NCBI GenBank assembly: GCA_045106415.1
Contig: JBGCEP010000018.1
Location: 34,047-98,046 of the forward strand
Source of the DNA: Oligoflexales bacterium
Lineage (GTDB): Bacteria > Bdellovibrionota_B > Oligoflexia > Oligoflexales > Bog-1112
Direction: 5' to 3'
DNA: 64,000 bases
Positions within the stretch are counted from its first letter, which is position 1, and each line of letters starts with the position of its first letter. The notes beneath the pieces were generated by a model. The model was given only the letters and a program-made list of their open reading frames with translations, did not search any database and was not told the origin of the DNA. Below are positions 50,396 through 59,916 of this stretch, in pieces. The translations under genes and the position numbers were made by a program.

Positions 50396-51199
50396 ATGTC
50401 TTCTAGTTGCTTCATCAAATTAGAACAGTTCGAAGGTCCCATGGACCTTCTCCTTCATCTTATCCGGGTAAATCAGCTCAATATCTTCGATATTGATTTG
50501 TTAAAGCTTACAACACAATATCTCGATTATTTACGTCTCCTCAAGTTTCGTGACCTTACAGACGCCGCAGCTTTTATTGATATGGCATCTACGCTGGTCA
50601 TGATGAAAACTCGAGAACTCTTACCTAACGCAGATGAAAAAAATGGGGAAGAAGGGGAAAATGAAGATGACACACTCAGCAGCCTCCAAAAAAGACTCCA
50701 AGACTACGAAATGTTTAGAAGGGCTGGAGATTGGTTAGCAAGTGAGGGCAACCCCTATGGGGAAAGACGTTTTTGCAACCATGAAGGAGAACGTCTTTTT
50801 GCAATGTATATCGATTCGGAAAGTCCTCTTATCGGTAAACCAGCCGTTCTTGTTGTTCTCTACGAGCAAATGTTAGCATCCTTACCCGAGCGCAAAAGTG
50901 CTACAGTTTCAGCCGTAACTGAAAATATCACCGTTGAAACCATGGGCTCTCAGCTCAAACAGCAGCTCATCGAAGCAAGCTTTGTTCTCTTACAAAATCT
51001 CTATGGCAATCTCAAAAATCGCTATGAATTCATCGCTCTTATTCTTAGTTTTTTACAACTCGTACGCGATCAAGAGCTCAATATCCATCAAGAAGAAATG
51101 ATGGGGCCTCTTTGGATTTATGGGCTCGAGACACCTATTCATACAATTCCAGGCTTAGAACCCTCTCATTCTCTACCACAAGAGGAAACAGCGTCATGA
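50396..51199 (+). CDS. scpA: segregation and condensation protein A
   Basis: LEQFEGPMDLLLHLIRVNQLNIFDIDLLKLTTQYLDYL N-terminal signature. Confidence 0.9.
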   Translation: MSSSCFIKLEQFEGPMDLLLHLIRVNQLNIFDIDLLKLTTQYLDYLRLLKFRDLTDAAAFIDMASTLVMMKTRELLPNADEKNGEEGENEDDTLSSLQKRLQDYEMFRRAGDWLASEGNPYGERRFCNHEGERLFAMYIDSESPLIGKPAVLVVLYEQMLASLPERKSATVSAVTENITVETMGSQLKQQLIEASFVLLQNLYGNLKNRYEFIALILSFLQLVRDQELNIHQEEMMGPLWIYGLETPIHTIPGLEPSHSLPQEETAS

Positions 51200-51867
51200 C
51201 ACTTGAAGCCACACTCCCTTTTGCAGAACTTGAATGCACTGAGCTAGAAAAACAAATTGAAGCATTAATTTTTGCATCTCCAACTCCTATTAAACCTTCT
51301 CAAATAGAAAGTATCTTAGGCGAAGACTCTGTAACAACAAAAAGCATTCAAGAGGTCATTGATCGGCTTCACGCTTTCTATCAAAACAGGAATGGTGGAT
51401 TCCGTTTAGAAGATCTCGACCAAGATGGTTATCAATTTCAAACTCACCCGGAAACAGCTGAACTCATGGAACAGATGTTTTCAAAAAGGCCACGACCTTT
51501 ATCACGTGCAGCTCAAGAAACTCTTGCTATTATCGCATATCGCCAACCTGTCACCCGTGCAGATATTGAGTTCATCCGCGGTGTTGACGCAGGTAGTATT
51601 TTAAAAAACTTACTTGAAAGAGATCTGGTCGAATGCGTCGGCCGTAAAGAAGACACCGGTCGCCCGATGCTTTTTGGAACAACAAGAGAGTTCCTAAAGG
51701 TCTATGGTCTTGGCCACATCGATGAACTCCCTCCTCTTTCCGCATTTCAACCAGAAGCCAAAGCCATGATGCAAGCATCAGAAGCTCTCGATAACAAAGA
51801 TCAAAAAACAGACGCCGAAGACTTCGTACAAGATCGCGGCAGCAATGAACAAAGGCCAGAAATATGA
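51196..51867 (+). CDS. scpB: segregation and condensation protein B
   Basis: IEALIFASPTPI and LSRAAQETLAIIAYRQPVTRADIEFIRGVD (winged helix). ATGA overlap with the scpA stop. Confidence 0.9.
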   Translation: MTLEATLPFAELECTELEKQIEALIFASPTPIKPSQIESILGEDSVTTKSIQEVIDRLHAFYQNRNGGFRLEDLDQDGYQFQTHPETAELMEQMFSKRPRPLSRAAQETLAIIAYRQPVTRADIEFIRGVDAGSILKNLLERDLVECVGRKEDTGRPMLFGTTREFLKVYGLGHIDELPPLSAFQPEAKAMMQASEALDNKDQKTDAEDFVQDRGSNEQRPEI

Positions 51868-52652
51868 CAACACCTCAAAATCCTGTTCTCCAAAAATGGA
51901 TGGCAGAACGCACAGACTTATCAAGACGAGCAGCAGAACAAGCCATTCAAGAAGGGCGCGTCAAACTTAACCAAACAACTGCTAAGCTTGGAGACCGCGT
52001 TAGTGAAGACGACGCAGTATGGCTTGACGGCGATATGATTCGCCAAGAAAGCCCATCCATGGTGTATTGGGTATTAAATAAACCAGACCAGCTTCTTTCT
52101 ACATTTGCAAAAGAAGAAGAGCGCCCCACACTTGCGACACTACCAGCGATCGCAAAACTTCCATTCCGAGTTTGGTCTGTCGGCCGTCTCGACTACCGTA
52201 CAGAAGGACTGTTGATTTTAACAAACGACGGTCAACTCGCACACAATCTCAGCCACCCTTCTTTTCACATCCCAAGACACTACCAAGTGCTGGTCAATAA
52301 AAAGCTAACTCCTGAGGACTTGAAAAAGATTCGCCACGGATTTGAGCTCGACGCAGGCAAACCACCCGTCAAATGCAAAATCGATTTCCTAGGTGGTCAA
52401 AACATGGGAGCAACAACCGGAAAATGGTACCGCGTCACTGTACATGAAGGCCGTAATCGCCTCGTACGTCGTGTCATTGAAAGTTGTGACCGAAAAGTTA
52501 TTCGACTCATACGTGATGCGTTCGGTGAAATTAATCTACCCACAGACTTAGCACCTGGAAAAATAAGAGCGATGACTCCTGAGCAAATTCGCAAACTCAA
52601 ACACCCACAGCAAGAAGCAAAAACAAAAAAAAGGCCAACTAAAAAAAGCTAG
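51864..52652 (+). CDS. rluB: RluB/RsuA-family 23S/16S rRNA pseudouridine synthase
   Basis: S4 domain (SRRAAEQAIQEGRVKLN), catalytic VGRLDYRTEGLLILTNDG, and a Lys-rich tail. ATGA overlap with the scpB stop. Confidence 0.9.
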   Translation: MTTPQNPVLQKWMAERTDLSRRAAEQAIQEGRVKLNQTTAKLGDRVSEDDAVWLDGDMIRQESPSMVYWVLNKPDQLLSTFAKEEERPTLATLPAIAKLPFRVWSVGRLDYRTEGLLILTNDGQLAHNLSHPSFHIPRHYQVLVNKKLTPEDLKKIRHGFELDAGKPPVKCKIDFLGGQNMGATTGKWYRVTVHEGRNRLVRRVIESCDRKVIRLIRDAFGEINLPTDLAPGKIRAMTPEQIRKLKHPQQEAKTKKRPTKKS

Positions 52653-52715
52653 ATATGCACTTTAGAGTCAATTCAAGTATATTGAAACTTGAATTAAATG
52701 GCTCATAGGTGTTGC

Positions 52716-53699
52716 ATGATTCTAGCTACAATACGAAACGGTGAGCGAGACGGACAGCTCATCGTTGTCTCCTCAGACTACAAAACACACACAACATCCA
52801 AACAGTACCCGACACTACAAAGCGCATTAGACTCTTGGGATAAAGCCGTCCTTGAACTTCAGAGCCTTGCAGAAACCCTCAAATCTCACCCTAAAGACTC
52901 ATTAACAGGCATCACCTTCGAAGCGCCATTACCACGTGCTTACGAATGGATTGACGGCTCCGCATTTATCAACCACGTTCGACTCGTTCGCAAAGCTCGA
53001 GGAGCAGAACCACCCAAAACCCTTGAAACAGACCCTCTTGTATATCAAGGTGGATCAGGGCGATTTTCAGGACCCTGCGACTCGATTCCTCTTGATCATC
53101 CTCAGTGGGGCCTTGATTTTGAATCAGAAGTCTGTGTCATCGTCGACGATGTCCCTATGGGAACTCCTGCAGCGGATATGGAACAACACATCCAACTTAT
53201 CATGATTGCAAACGATGTCTCTTTACGTGGGTTAATCCCAGAAGAACTCGCTAAAGGTTTCGGCTTTGTCACATCAAAACCTTCAACAAGCTTTGCGCCA
53301 TTTACCCTTACAAAAGAAGAACTCGGCGACGCTTGGAAAGATGGAAGACTGCACCTTCCTCTTAAAACTTATTACAACGACACTTTGTTTGGCACACCAA
53401 ACGCTGGGCCCGAAATGCATTTTTCTTTTCATGAAATTATCGCTCATGTCGCAAAAACTAGAAATTTAACAGCAGGAACTATTATCGGTAGCGGCACCAT
53501 CTCCAACTTTGATATTTCAACAGGGTCATCATGTTTAGCAGAAAAACGTATGATTGAAAAAATTGAAACAGGAGAAGCAAAAACACCATTCATGAGTTGT
53601 GGCGACACAGTAAAAATTGAAATGATCGACACAACAGGCCGTAATTTATTTGGCAGCATCCAACAACAAGTGACTTCCTACCAACCTCGAAGGAATTGA
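52716..53699 (+). CDS. fumarylacetoacetate hydrolase (FAH) family protein
   Basis: N-terminus MILATIRNGERDGQLIVVS and a C-terminal FAH fold (EVCVIV, GTIIGSGT, GDTVKIEM). About 327 aa from ATG 52716. Confidence 0.85.
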   Translation: MILATIRNGERDGQLIVVSSDYKTHTTSKQYPTLQSALDSWDKAVLELQSLAETLKSHPKDSLTGITFEAPLPRAYEWIDGSAFINHVRLVRKARGAEPPKTLETDPLVYQGGSGRFSGPCDSIPLDHPQWGLDFESEVCVIVDDVPMGTPAADMEQHIQLIMIANDVSLRGLIPEELAKGFGFVTSKPSTSFAPFTLTKEELGDAWKDGRLHLPLKTYYNDTLFGTPNAGPEMHFSFHEIIAHVAKTRNLTAGTIIGSGTISNFDISTGSSCLAEKRMIEKIETGEAKTPFMSCGDTVKIEMIDTTGRNLFGSIQQQVTSYQPRRN

Positions 53700-53706
53700 G
53701 TCTACC

Positions 53707-54246
53707 ATGGTCAAAAAATCAACAAAAAAAGATGCTTTCACGGAAGACTCTCTCGTCGAGTCCATGAGAAACGACGATGCCATCAGACTTCTTGACTCCC
53801 TAGGTCTTGGTAAGGAGCCAAGTGAAGCTCCAAAAAAAGACGCATTTATCTTGAAAGTTATGGTCATTGAAGATGACGAGTCAGCTCGGGATTTATATCA
53901 AACATATCTCACAAGCAAGCGCTGTATGACAGTTCCTTGCGAAAACGGGCATGAAGCCATCACAGCTGTCACAGAACACCCTGATACTGATGTTGTTTTG
54001 TTAGATATTAAAATTCCACCACCTGACGGGGTTGCATTACTCACTACTTTTAGAAAACAAAATTTTTTAAAAGATGCAACAATCATTGTGATTTCAGGAC
54101 ATCTCACTCCAGACACCGTAAAAGCGTGCGTTGAAATGAAAGTCCATAAAATTTTAACAAAACCTGTGGATCTTGATGGAGTTTTTGAACTCATCAAGGC
54201 AACCACAGATTATGAAAAAATAGGAAAAGATAAAAAGCTACTCTGA
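53707..54246 (+). CDS. single-domain response regulator (CheY-like receiver) with a ~55-aa N-terminal extension
   Basis: KVMVIEDDESARDLY, the phospho-acceptor context VVLLDIKIPPPDG, IIVISGH and KILTKP. Confidence 0.85.
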   Translation: MVKKSTKKDAFTEDSLVESMRNDDAIRLLDSLGLGKEPSEAPKKDAFILKVMVIEDDESARDLYQTYLTSKRCMTVPCENGHEAITAVTEHPDTDVVLLDIKIPPPDGVALLTTFRKQNFLKDATIIVISGHLTPDTVKACVEMKVHKILTKPVDLDGVFELIKATTDYEKIGKDKKLL

Positions 54247-55269
54247 AGTCTCTTTTGGCTTCGTGTCAGTATTTTTATTCTGACCACGAAGCTTTTTCCT
54301 AACGATCCGAACAGAACGAGTCTGCCCAGTACCAACAGAAGCCGAACCAAAACCAGCGCTCACAATCTTTTTATGCTGCAAACGGCGCACGAAAGAGTTT
54401 TGAGGCTTTAACGTGTAATGCTCAAGGCCCGTATCCTGCTTCAACACATCCATACCACGTTCAAGCTCCTTCATAGTCGGAGCATCAAGGTTCTCGCTCT
54501 GCTGTTGAGGGCGAGGAGCACGATTTTCGTGACTCTGATTTGAACGCTTAGGATTGCTGTTGCGATTTGGGCTTTGCTCATCACGTCGCCTTGGAACTCC
54601 ACTTGCGCTGCCCTGATGGCGTCTGCCACCCGATTGCTGTGGAGATGGCTTCTTATGATTGCGCGGCACTCGTTTTTTATTACGAGCTCGTAACATCGCA
54701 GCGTAACGGCCAACTGGAGGCAGAGATCCTGGGTCATACTCAACTCGAGACTCTTCACCAAATGCCCACTGGAGAAACTCCAGCATCAAATGACTGTAAC
54801 CTGGAAAGGTTGTATCAATCACTTCATCAACCATCAACCACATCTGATCGGGCTTATTGCCCAACAGCGGCCGACATGGGACATGGCCATTGCCACGTGC
54901 GCGTATCAGAAGATCAAGATCTTCAATCATCGCTACAAACCTAGGGACCACAGCAGCATGACGCTCATAATCTAATGGCTCATGATCTGTGAGTTGAGGG
55001 GCGTTTGTCGCATACCACTTAGCACATTCGCGCACTTGGTCTGCAAGGCTGCCCTTCAAGACTTCTTTTGGCGTATGATCCTTCGACAGCCCTTGGAGAC
55101 GCTCCCAACCATCACCTGAAGATTCCAGGTCTTTACGGGTGCGTTCTTCCTCTAAACAACAGTATAAAAAGTAATCTAGAGGAACTTCTCTACCAGCTGC
55201 GAGAACATAGCGCTCTTTTATGGAAGGAGTTTCATACTCCTTCGCTTCTTCTTCTGTAATTTCCTGCAT
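54238..55269 (-). CDS. hypothetical protein with a C-terminal R3H-like nucleic-acid-binding motif and a basic low-complexity linker
   Basis: C-terminus LKPQNSFVRRLQHKKIVSAGFGSASVGTGQTRSVRIV resembles R3H (R-x3-H ... S-x-G ... R-V-I). The linker is Arg/Pro/Gln/Asn-rich. The N-terminal ~200 aa are unrecognised. Confidence 0.6.
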   Translation of the reverse strand: MQEITEEEAKEYETPSIKERYVLAAGREVPLDYFLYCCLEEERTRKDLESSGDGWERLQGLSKDHTPKEVLKGSLADQVRECAKWYATNAPQLTDHEPLDYERHAAVVPRFVAMIEDLDLLIRARGNGHVPCRPLLGNKPDQMWLMVDEVIDTTFPGYSHLMLEFLQWAFGEESRVEYDPGSLPPVGRYAAMLRARNKKRVPRNHKKPSPQQSGGRRHQGSASGVPRRRDEQSPNRNSNPKRSNQSHENRAPRPQQQSENLDAPTMKELERGMDVLKQDTGLEHYTLKPQNSFVRRLQHKKIVSAGFGSASVGTGQTRSVRIVRKKLRGQNKNTDTKPKETSE

Positions 55270-55460
55270 CGATGTACTGCACTTGAATTCTTTGATTATC
55301 TGAGCTGGACATCAGCTCAGTTGATTAGTTAGACCAACCTGGATCTAACCACCCCATGAGGCTATCCAAAAGCCATAAGCCTTTGACAACCATGCGAAAC
55401 TATTAGAAAACAGTGTCGCTCCATATGGAGCATAACAGACTGATATAAATTTCGCCAATA

Positions 55461-55790
55461 CTAGACAAGATTTTCTTCAGCCTTCGCATCATCTTGCCCT
55501 TGAAAGTTCTTATATCCCATAAAGCCACCGTTTAAAGAATAGATGGTTTCCCCCGTCCATTCTTCTGCTATTTCAGCAGCTTTCATACTTCTTAAGCCCG
55601 ATCGGCAGTAAAATAGCACAGCTCGACGTGAAGCAATTTCTTTTTTGTGAAGACCTAGGCTCGACAACGGCCAATGAACACCGCCTTCAATCACGCCGTC
55701 TTTTAACTCTTCAGTTTCACGAACATCTACGACCTGAACACCTTCTGAGACTAGCTTAGCAAGCTCTTCTACGGATACCTCTTTGACCAT
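55461..55790 (-). CDS. rhodanese-domain sulfurtransferase
   Basis: 109 aa with the active-site loop FYCRSGLRS and VDVRE upstream. Confidence 0.88.
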   Translation of the reverse strand: MVKEVSVEELAKLVSEGVQVVDVRETEELKDGVIEGGVHWPLSSLGLHKKEIASRRAVLFYCRSGLRSMKAAEIAEEWTGETIYSLNGGFMGYKNFQGQDDAKAEENLV

Positions 55791-55896
55791 AGGATTCCTC
55801 CGTGCTGGGACAACTGCCCACTCTCTGATTTTTTGGCTAACCTTTTGATTATAGTATGAGATGGTGGAATTATGAAATAAAAATCAATATGGACAC

Positions 55897-55927
55897 AAAA
55901 AAGCCACCTTAGAAAGGTGGCTTTTTT
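55897..55927. terminator. bidirectional rho-independent terminator after the tRNA-Lys/tRNA-Glu pair
   Basis: aaaaaagccacc / ggtggctttttt with the 7-nt loop ttagaaa. An A-run lies upstream and a T-run downstream, so it works on either strand. It sits 20 nt beyond the tRNA-Glu 3' end. Confidence 0.7.
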
Positions 55928-55946
55928 GTGTCCACTCTTTGAAGAG

Positions 55947-56024
55947 TGGCGTCCCCAGGGGGATTTGAACCCCCGTTGCCGCCGTGAAAAGGCGGAGTCC
56001 TGGGCCAGGCTAGACGATAGGGAC
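55947..56024 (-). tRNA. tRNA-Glu (anticodon UUC), CCA encoded
   Basis: Reverse strand reads GTCCCTATCGTCTAGCCTGGCCCAGGACTCCGCCTTTTCACGGCGGCAACGGGGGTTCAAATCCCCCTGGGGACGCCA. Confidence 0.93.
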
Positions 56025-56031
56025 ATGCGTT

Positions 56032-56107
56032 TGGTGAGCCCACCTGGATTCGAACCAGGGACCCGCACATTAAAAGTGTGCTGCTCTACCAGCTGAGCTA
56101 TGAGCCC
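56032..56107 (-). tRNA. tRNA-Lys (anticodon UUU), CCA encoded
   Basis: Reverse strand reads GGGCTCATAGCTCAGCTGGTAGAGCAGCACACTTTTAATGTGCGGGTCCCTGGTTCGAATCCAGGTGGGCTCACCA. The acceptor stem contains two G-U pairs. Confidence 0.9.
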
Positions 56108-56125
56108 TCAACCAAAGCGAGGACA

Positions 56126-56154
56126 GTTGTAAAGCTAGGAGCTAAAAGTGTCAA
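56126..56154 (-). promoter_or_regulatory. candidate sigma70-type promoter for the tRNA-Lys/tRNA-Glu operon
   Basis: The reverse strand has a perfect TTGACA (56154-56149), a 17-nt spacer and TACAAC (56131-56126), with an A/T-rich UP-like tract upstream. The -10 lies about 19 nt before the tRNA-Lys 5' end. Confidence 0.5.
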
Positions 56155-56289
56155 GAGTTATCTTTGAAAAAATTTCATTTTTTTTCAAACCCCCTTTACA
56201 AAGGGGGTGATAAAAGACACTTGCCTGTAGACGACTCGTCGAGTTTCAAGTAGAATCCGGCTCTGTTTGCTTATTAAAGGCCCATCGCT

Positions 56290-56625
56290 ATGGTCGTGAC
56301 TCGAAAGAAAACAAAACAATCCACCCTCGCCGACCTAGTAAATGCTTTAGAGCAATTTGCTTATCACTTGGATGGCCAGAAAGAAGACGATGCATCTGCG
56401 GACATCAGAATCGCTAAACGCACTCTTCAAGAGCACCCATTAGGCTCAACAGAATCTAAGGCTGCTCTGCGCTTAATTGAAGAAAGCTTTGGCGATCTCC
56501 ATGAGCTTGATGCTTACACTCACCATAAACCAAAGCCAGGATCTTGGTCTGCAGCTGAAGAACTTTACCTTTGGAGTACAACAACCCTCAACTTAATGAG
56601 AAGAATTGACTCTGAAAGATCTTAA
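56290..56625 (+). CDS. hypothetical protein upstream of recN
   Basis: 111 aa, helical and charged. No motif recognised. Confidence 0.55.
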   Translation: MVVTRKKTKQSTLADLVNALEQFAYHLDGQKEDDASADIRIAKRTLQEHPLGSTESKAALRLIEESFGDLHELDAYTHHKPKPGSWSAAEELYLWSTTTLNLMRRIDSERS

Positions 56626-56646
56626 AAATAAATAGAGGAGCTGTGT

Positions 56647-58383
56647 ATGCTTGCAGAACTTTTAGTCCAAAACTTGGCAATTGTTCAACAAAGCCATATT
56701 GAATTCACATCCTCATTTAATTTAATCACAGGTGAAACAGGTGCTGGTAAATCAATTATCATCAAAGCACTGCGTATTTTATGCGGATTAAACCGGGCCT
56801 CTAAAGAAATGATACGCGACGGCGCCAGTCACGCACTTCTGAGCGGGACTTGGGTACTTCCTGCGCACCACAAAACACTGCAGATCCTCGAAGATTACGG
56901 CCTCTGCTACGAAGACAACACAGTCCATATTCGCCGAAAAATTTCCACCCAAGGAAAGCATACCTCGTACATCAACGACACACCTGTACGTACAGAAACC
57001 CTGGTTAAAACGGCACAAAGCCTCATAGATTTTACCGGACAACACTCATCATTTGAGCTGAAACAGCAACATCACACAGATGTTTTAGATCAACAGATCA
57101 ACCCTGAACTTTTAGTAGCATATAAATCTTTATACAAAAACGTCACAGAGCAACTTCAACACATCCGAGAAGTCATGAATCAGGCTTTTGTCTGGCAACA
57201 AGAATGCGAACAATACAGACAAAAAATTGAAGAATTAAAACAGCTTTCTCCTTCTACTGAGGACTACAAAACCCTTAAAGACAACCTCAAAGAAACCATG
57301 GATCGAGATCGCCAGAAGGATACACTATACAAAGCTCAAACTCAGCTTCAGGCAAGCGCAGAGATTCATCAAATAACTTATACATTAAGCGAAATCGATT
57401 CATTTCAAGACCTATCGGCAGACGCTAAACAATTAGCGTCATTATATGATGATTTGTCATATTCTATTTCGACAAAACTCGCGAACATGAACTCGTTAAG
57501 TGACAATAGCGAGCAGCTTCAATCAAGAATTGCTTTCTACCAGAAAATGATTCGAAAACATCAATGCGCAGACGTCGAGGAACTTCTCACAAAGCAAAGC
57601 ACACTTTCTAAAACATTCGAAAAAATGTCGAGCGCGCATCATAGACTAGAAGAGATGATCGACAATTTGCATCATAACTATACAAAGCTCAATACTCTCG
57701 ATCACGACATGTTCACCGCACGGCAGCACACTGCACAAAAAATAGACAAAAAAGTAATCACCACGATCAAAACTCTAGGCATGCCAAAAGCTGAATTTAA
57801 AACAATCGCAGAACAGCTTTCTCCAAGAGCTCACAAGTTCATCACACCAAAACTCGACCCCTCACCAAATAACTTACATGAGTTCGATGATCTTCAAGCG
57901 AAAATTTTAGAAAAGCACCCGCTAGGATCGCATCATTTTCATTTCCACATCTCGAGTAATCCAGGGCAACCTTTACAAAAAATGAGCCAAGTTGCATCTG
58001 GCGGTGAGAGCTCTCGCGTACTTTTGGCCATTAAATCCATTTTAGCAAGTCACGGCCCACAAAATACTTTTGTTTTTGATGAAATTGACACTGGTGTGTC
58101 CGGCGCTGTAGCTCACCAAATGGGTCAATTAATTGCGAAAATGTCTAAAAAAGTACAGATTGTATGCATATCACACTCACCACAGATTGCATCATGGGCC
58201 AATACTCATTTTCGGGTTGAAAAAACATTTCAACAACACACAACACAATCGCAAATACGAGCTCTCTCTCACCAGGAGAGAACCGAGGAAATAGCTCGTT
58301 TTCTTTCAGGCTCAAAAACCACACCAGAAAGTTTAAAAAACGCAGAAAAACTCATCGAAGCAAATTTTGGTCAAAACACATAA
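56647..58383 (+). CDS. recN: DNA repair protein RecN
   Basis: Walker A GETGAGKSII, long central coiled coil, SMC signature ASGGESSRVLLAIK, and Walker B FVFDEIDTGVSG. GAGGAG SD. Confidence 0.95.
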   Translation: MLAELLVQNLAIVQQSHIEFTSSFNLITGETGAGKSIIIKALRILCGLNRASKEMIRDGASHALLSGTWVLPAHHKTLQILEDYGLCYEDNTVHIRRKISTQGKHTSYINDTPVRTETLVKTAQSLIDFTGQHSSFELKQQHHTDVLDQQINPELLVAYKSLYKNVTEQLQHIREVMNQAFVWQQECEQYRQKIEELKQLSPSTEDYKTLKDNLKETMDRDRQKDTLYKAQTQLQASAEIHQITYTLSEIDSFQDLSADAKQLASLYDDLSYSISTKLANMNSLSDNSEQLQSRIAFYQKMIRKHQCADVEELLTKQSTLSKTFEKMSSAHHRLEEMIDNLHHNYTKLNTLDHDMFTARQHTAQKIDKKVITTIKTLGMPKAEFKTIAEQLSPRAHKFITPKLDPSPNNLHEFDDLQAKILEKHPLGSHHFHFHISSNPGQPLQKMSQVASGGESSRVLLAIKSILASHGPQNTFVFDEIDTGVSGAVAHQMGQLIAKMSKKVQIVCISHSPQIASWANTHFRVEKTFQQHTTQSQIRALSHQERTEEIARFLSGSKTTPESLKNAEKLIEANFGQNT

Positions 58384-59867
58384 GGGACGTTTTGGTGCGA
58401 CTTTTTGGCTTGTTTTTCTTGAAAGTGTTTGTATTTATCTCGAGCTTGTGTGTATTTGTGTTCACGCACATAATACTGAAATTCATACGTCACGCTCGAC
58501 CTTGGCGGAACAAGAACAGAGCGTTTTTGCTCCCAACGCTCGCCATCTCCACTTCCATAGCAGCTACCCGAGCAAATAAAACGGGATAAATCATAACGAC
58601 CTGCAATCAAAGTCATCGTTACAGCTCGATTCGGTTGAACATCATGGCTATAACCATCATATAAATCAGAAGACCCAGCAAGACGCGCCAACTCTGTTAA
58701 CTGACCAGCTCTATATGTGGGTATTGGTATCAACTGCAATTTTCCAGCATCAAGATCAATCACGTCTGAGCTTTTTAAACGATAACGAATATTACGAGAT
58801 CCACCTAACCCCACAAAAACATCATGCCCGGCAAACAAAATAGGCATATCCGACTGCCCTGTACAGAACGGGTAATCTTCACCGCGCCTATAAAGTAAGA
58901 CTTCTTGTTGCCCCAGACAACTCCAGTCCCAAGGAGAGCACTCCAGGTTCACTTTTACACTTCGGAGCTTTAAAACAGTCTCCTCACCTGCCTTCAAGTT
59001 AAGCAACGTGTGTTCACGATGCCCACCAATCTTCGCTTTTAAAGGTCCTGGCAACACTGAATAAGCTTCCCCAAATTCAAAGTCATGCTGACCATTGACT
59101 TCAATGTGAGCCAAGCTCCCTTTTACTTTGACATAGTCACTTAGTTCAATACCAGAAGGCGGTTGAAAACGAACACTTGCGAGCTCACGCGTCAGCAGTT
59201 GGCTCGCATCCACTGACACAACATCACGCGTCCCGTTAATCATCAGTTGATACTCACCGGGAATAAGGTACAACCACGAACCCACACCTTGATGCATCGT
59301 TGTTGAGAATAGAGGGTCAACTGGAGAAACAAAATAAGGCAGAGATTTTTCTCGACCCATCACCCGCAACCCTCCGAGATGAACCTGCACTCGGTGGTCA
59401 TGTGTATTGTCACGCACCTTCACTGATCGCATGCCAACAAGAAGCTCTCTGTCTCCCAGAACATGCAAAATCGTTTGATTTTTAAGTGTCTGGTGAGCCC
59501 CTGTTTGATCATGACGAACACACTGTACTAGCAGTTGATCATTTTTGTCTAAAGGCTGAGGAAGCTTAAATTCAAGCTGATAGCTCTCAACTTCTGAGGT
59601 CACATTTTGGTAGATAATCACATCTTGGCTCGAGCAGTCCGCAAGAACAAGATAGCGACCCGCAGCTAAAGATAAGGGTACATTAAAAAACCCGACCTTT
59701 TCCGTGGAGTAATGCTGCCAACCATCCCCGTCCACTCGATAAACCTCATACGAGTTCCCCGAGTCTGGCGCTTTCACCAGAAGAAACCCCTGAGGCTCCT
59801 GGTGAAAACACGCACCACACGACATCATTACATAAATATATAAACACAGTGTTTTCAGATACTTCAT
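58371..59867 (-). CDS. large hypothetical lipoprotein or secreted beta-rich protein
   Basis: 498 aa with a signal peptide ending in Cys (YVMMSCGAC). The composition is beta-rich with repeated G..R/Y.L patterns. The 3' end overlaps recN by 13 nt. Confidence 0.65.
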   Translation of the reverse strand: MKYLKTLCLYIYVMMSCGACFHQEPQGFLLVKAPDSGNSYEVYRVDGDGWQHYSTEKVGFFNVPLSLAAGRYLVLADCSSQDVIIYQNVTSEVESYQLEFKLPQPLDKNDQLLVQCVRHDQTGAHQTLKNQTILHVLGDRELLVGMRSVKVRDNTHDHRVQVHLGGLRVMGREKSLPYFVSPVDPLFSTTMHQGVGSWLYLIPGEYQLMINGTRDVVSVDASQLLTRELASVRFQPPSGIELSDYVKVKGSLAHIEVNGQHDFEFGEAYSVLPGPLKAKIGGHREHTLLNLKAGEETVLKLRSVKVNLECSPWDWSCLGQQEVLLYRRGEDYPFCTGQSDMPILFAGHDVFVGLGGSRNIRYRLKSSDVIDLDAGKLQLIPIPTYRAGQLTELARLAGSSDLYDGYSHDVQPNRAVTMTLIAGRYDLSRFICSGSCYGSGDGERWEQKRSVLVPPRSSVTYEFQYYVREHKYTQARDKYKHFQEKQAKKSHQNVPYVF

Positions 59868-59916
59868 ATTGTCAGCTTCAAAACATCAAATAGCCACAAT
59901 CGTATCTAAAGTCGAC

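Noticed and set aside
52670-52695. 9-bp AT-rich hairpin (aattcaagt/acttgaatt) after rluB as a terminator
   Set aside because: The stem is weak and all A/T-rich, and no U-tract follows on either strand.
55769-56068. 99-aa minus-strand ORF
   Set aside because: It is almost entirely occupied by the tRNA-Glu and tRNA-Lys genes and the terminator hairpin, so it is a spurious reading frame.
56190-56207. CCCCCTT-TACA-AAGGGGG hairpin between the tRNA promoter and the 56290 gene as a terminator
   Set aside because: It lies in a divergent promoter region with no upstream gene reading into it on either strand, and it lacks a proper U-tract. Its function is undetermined.
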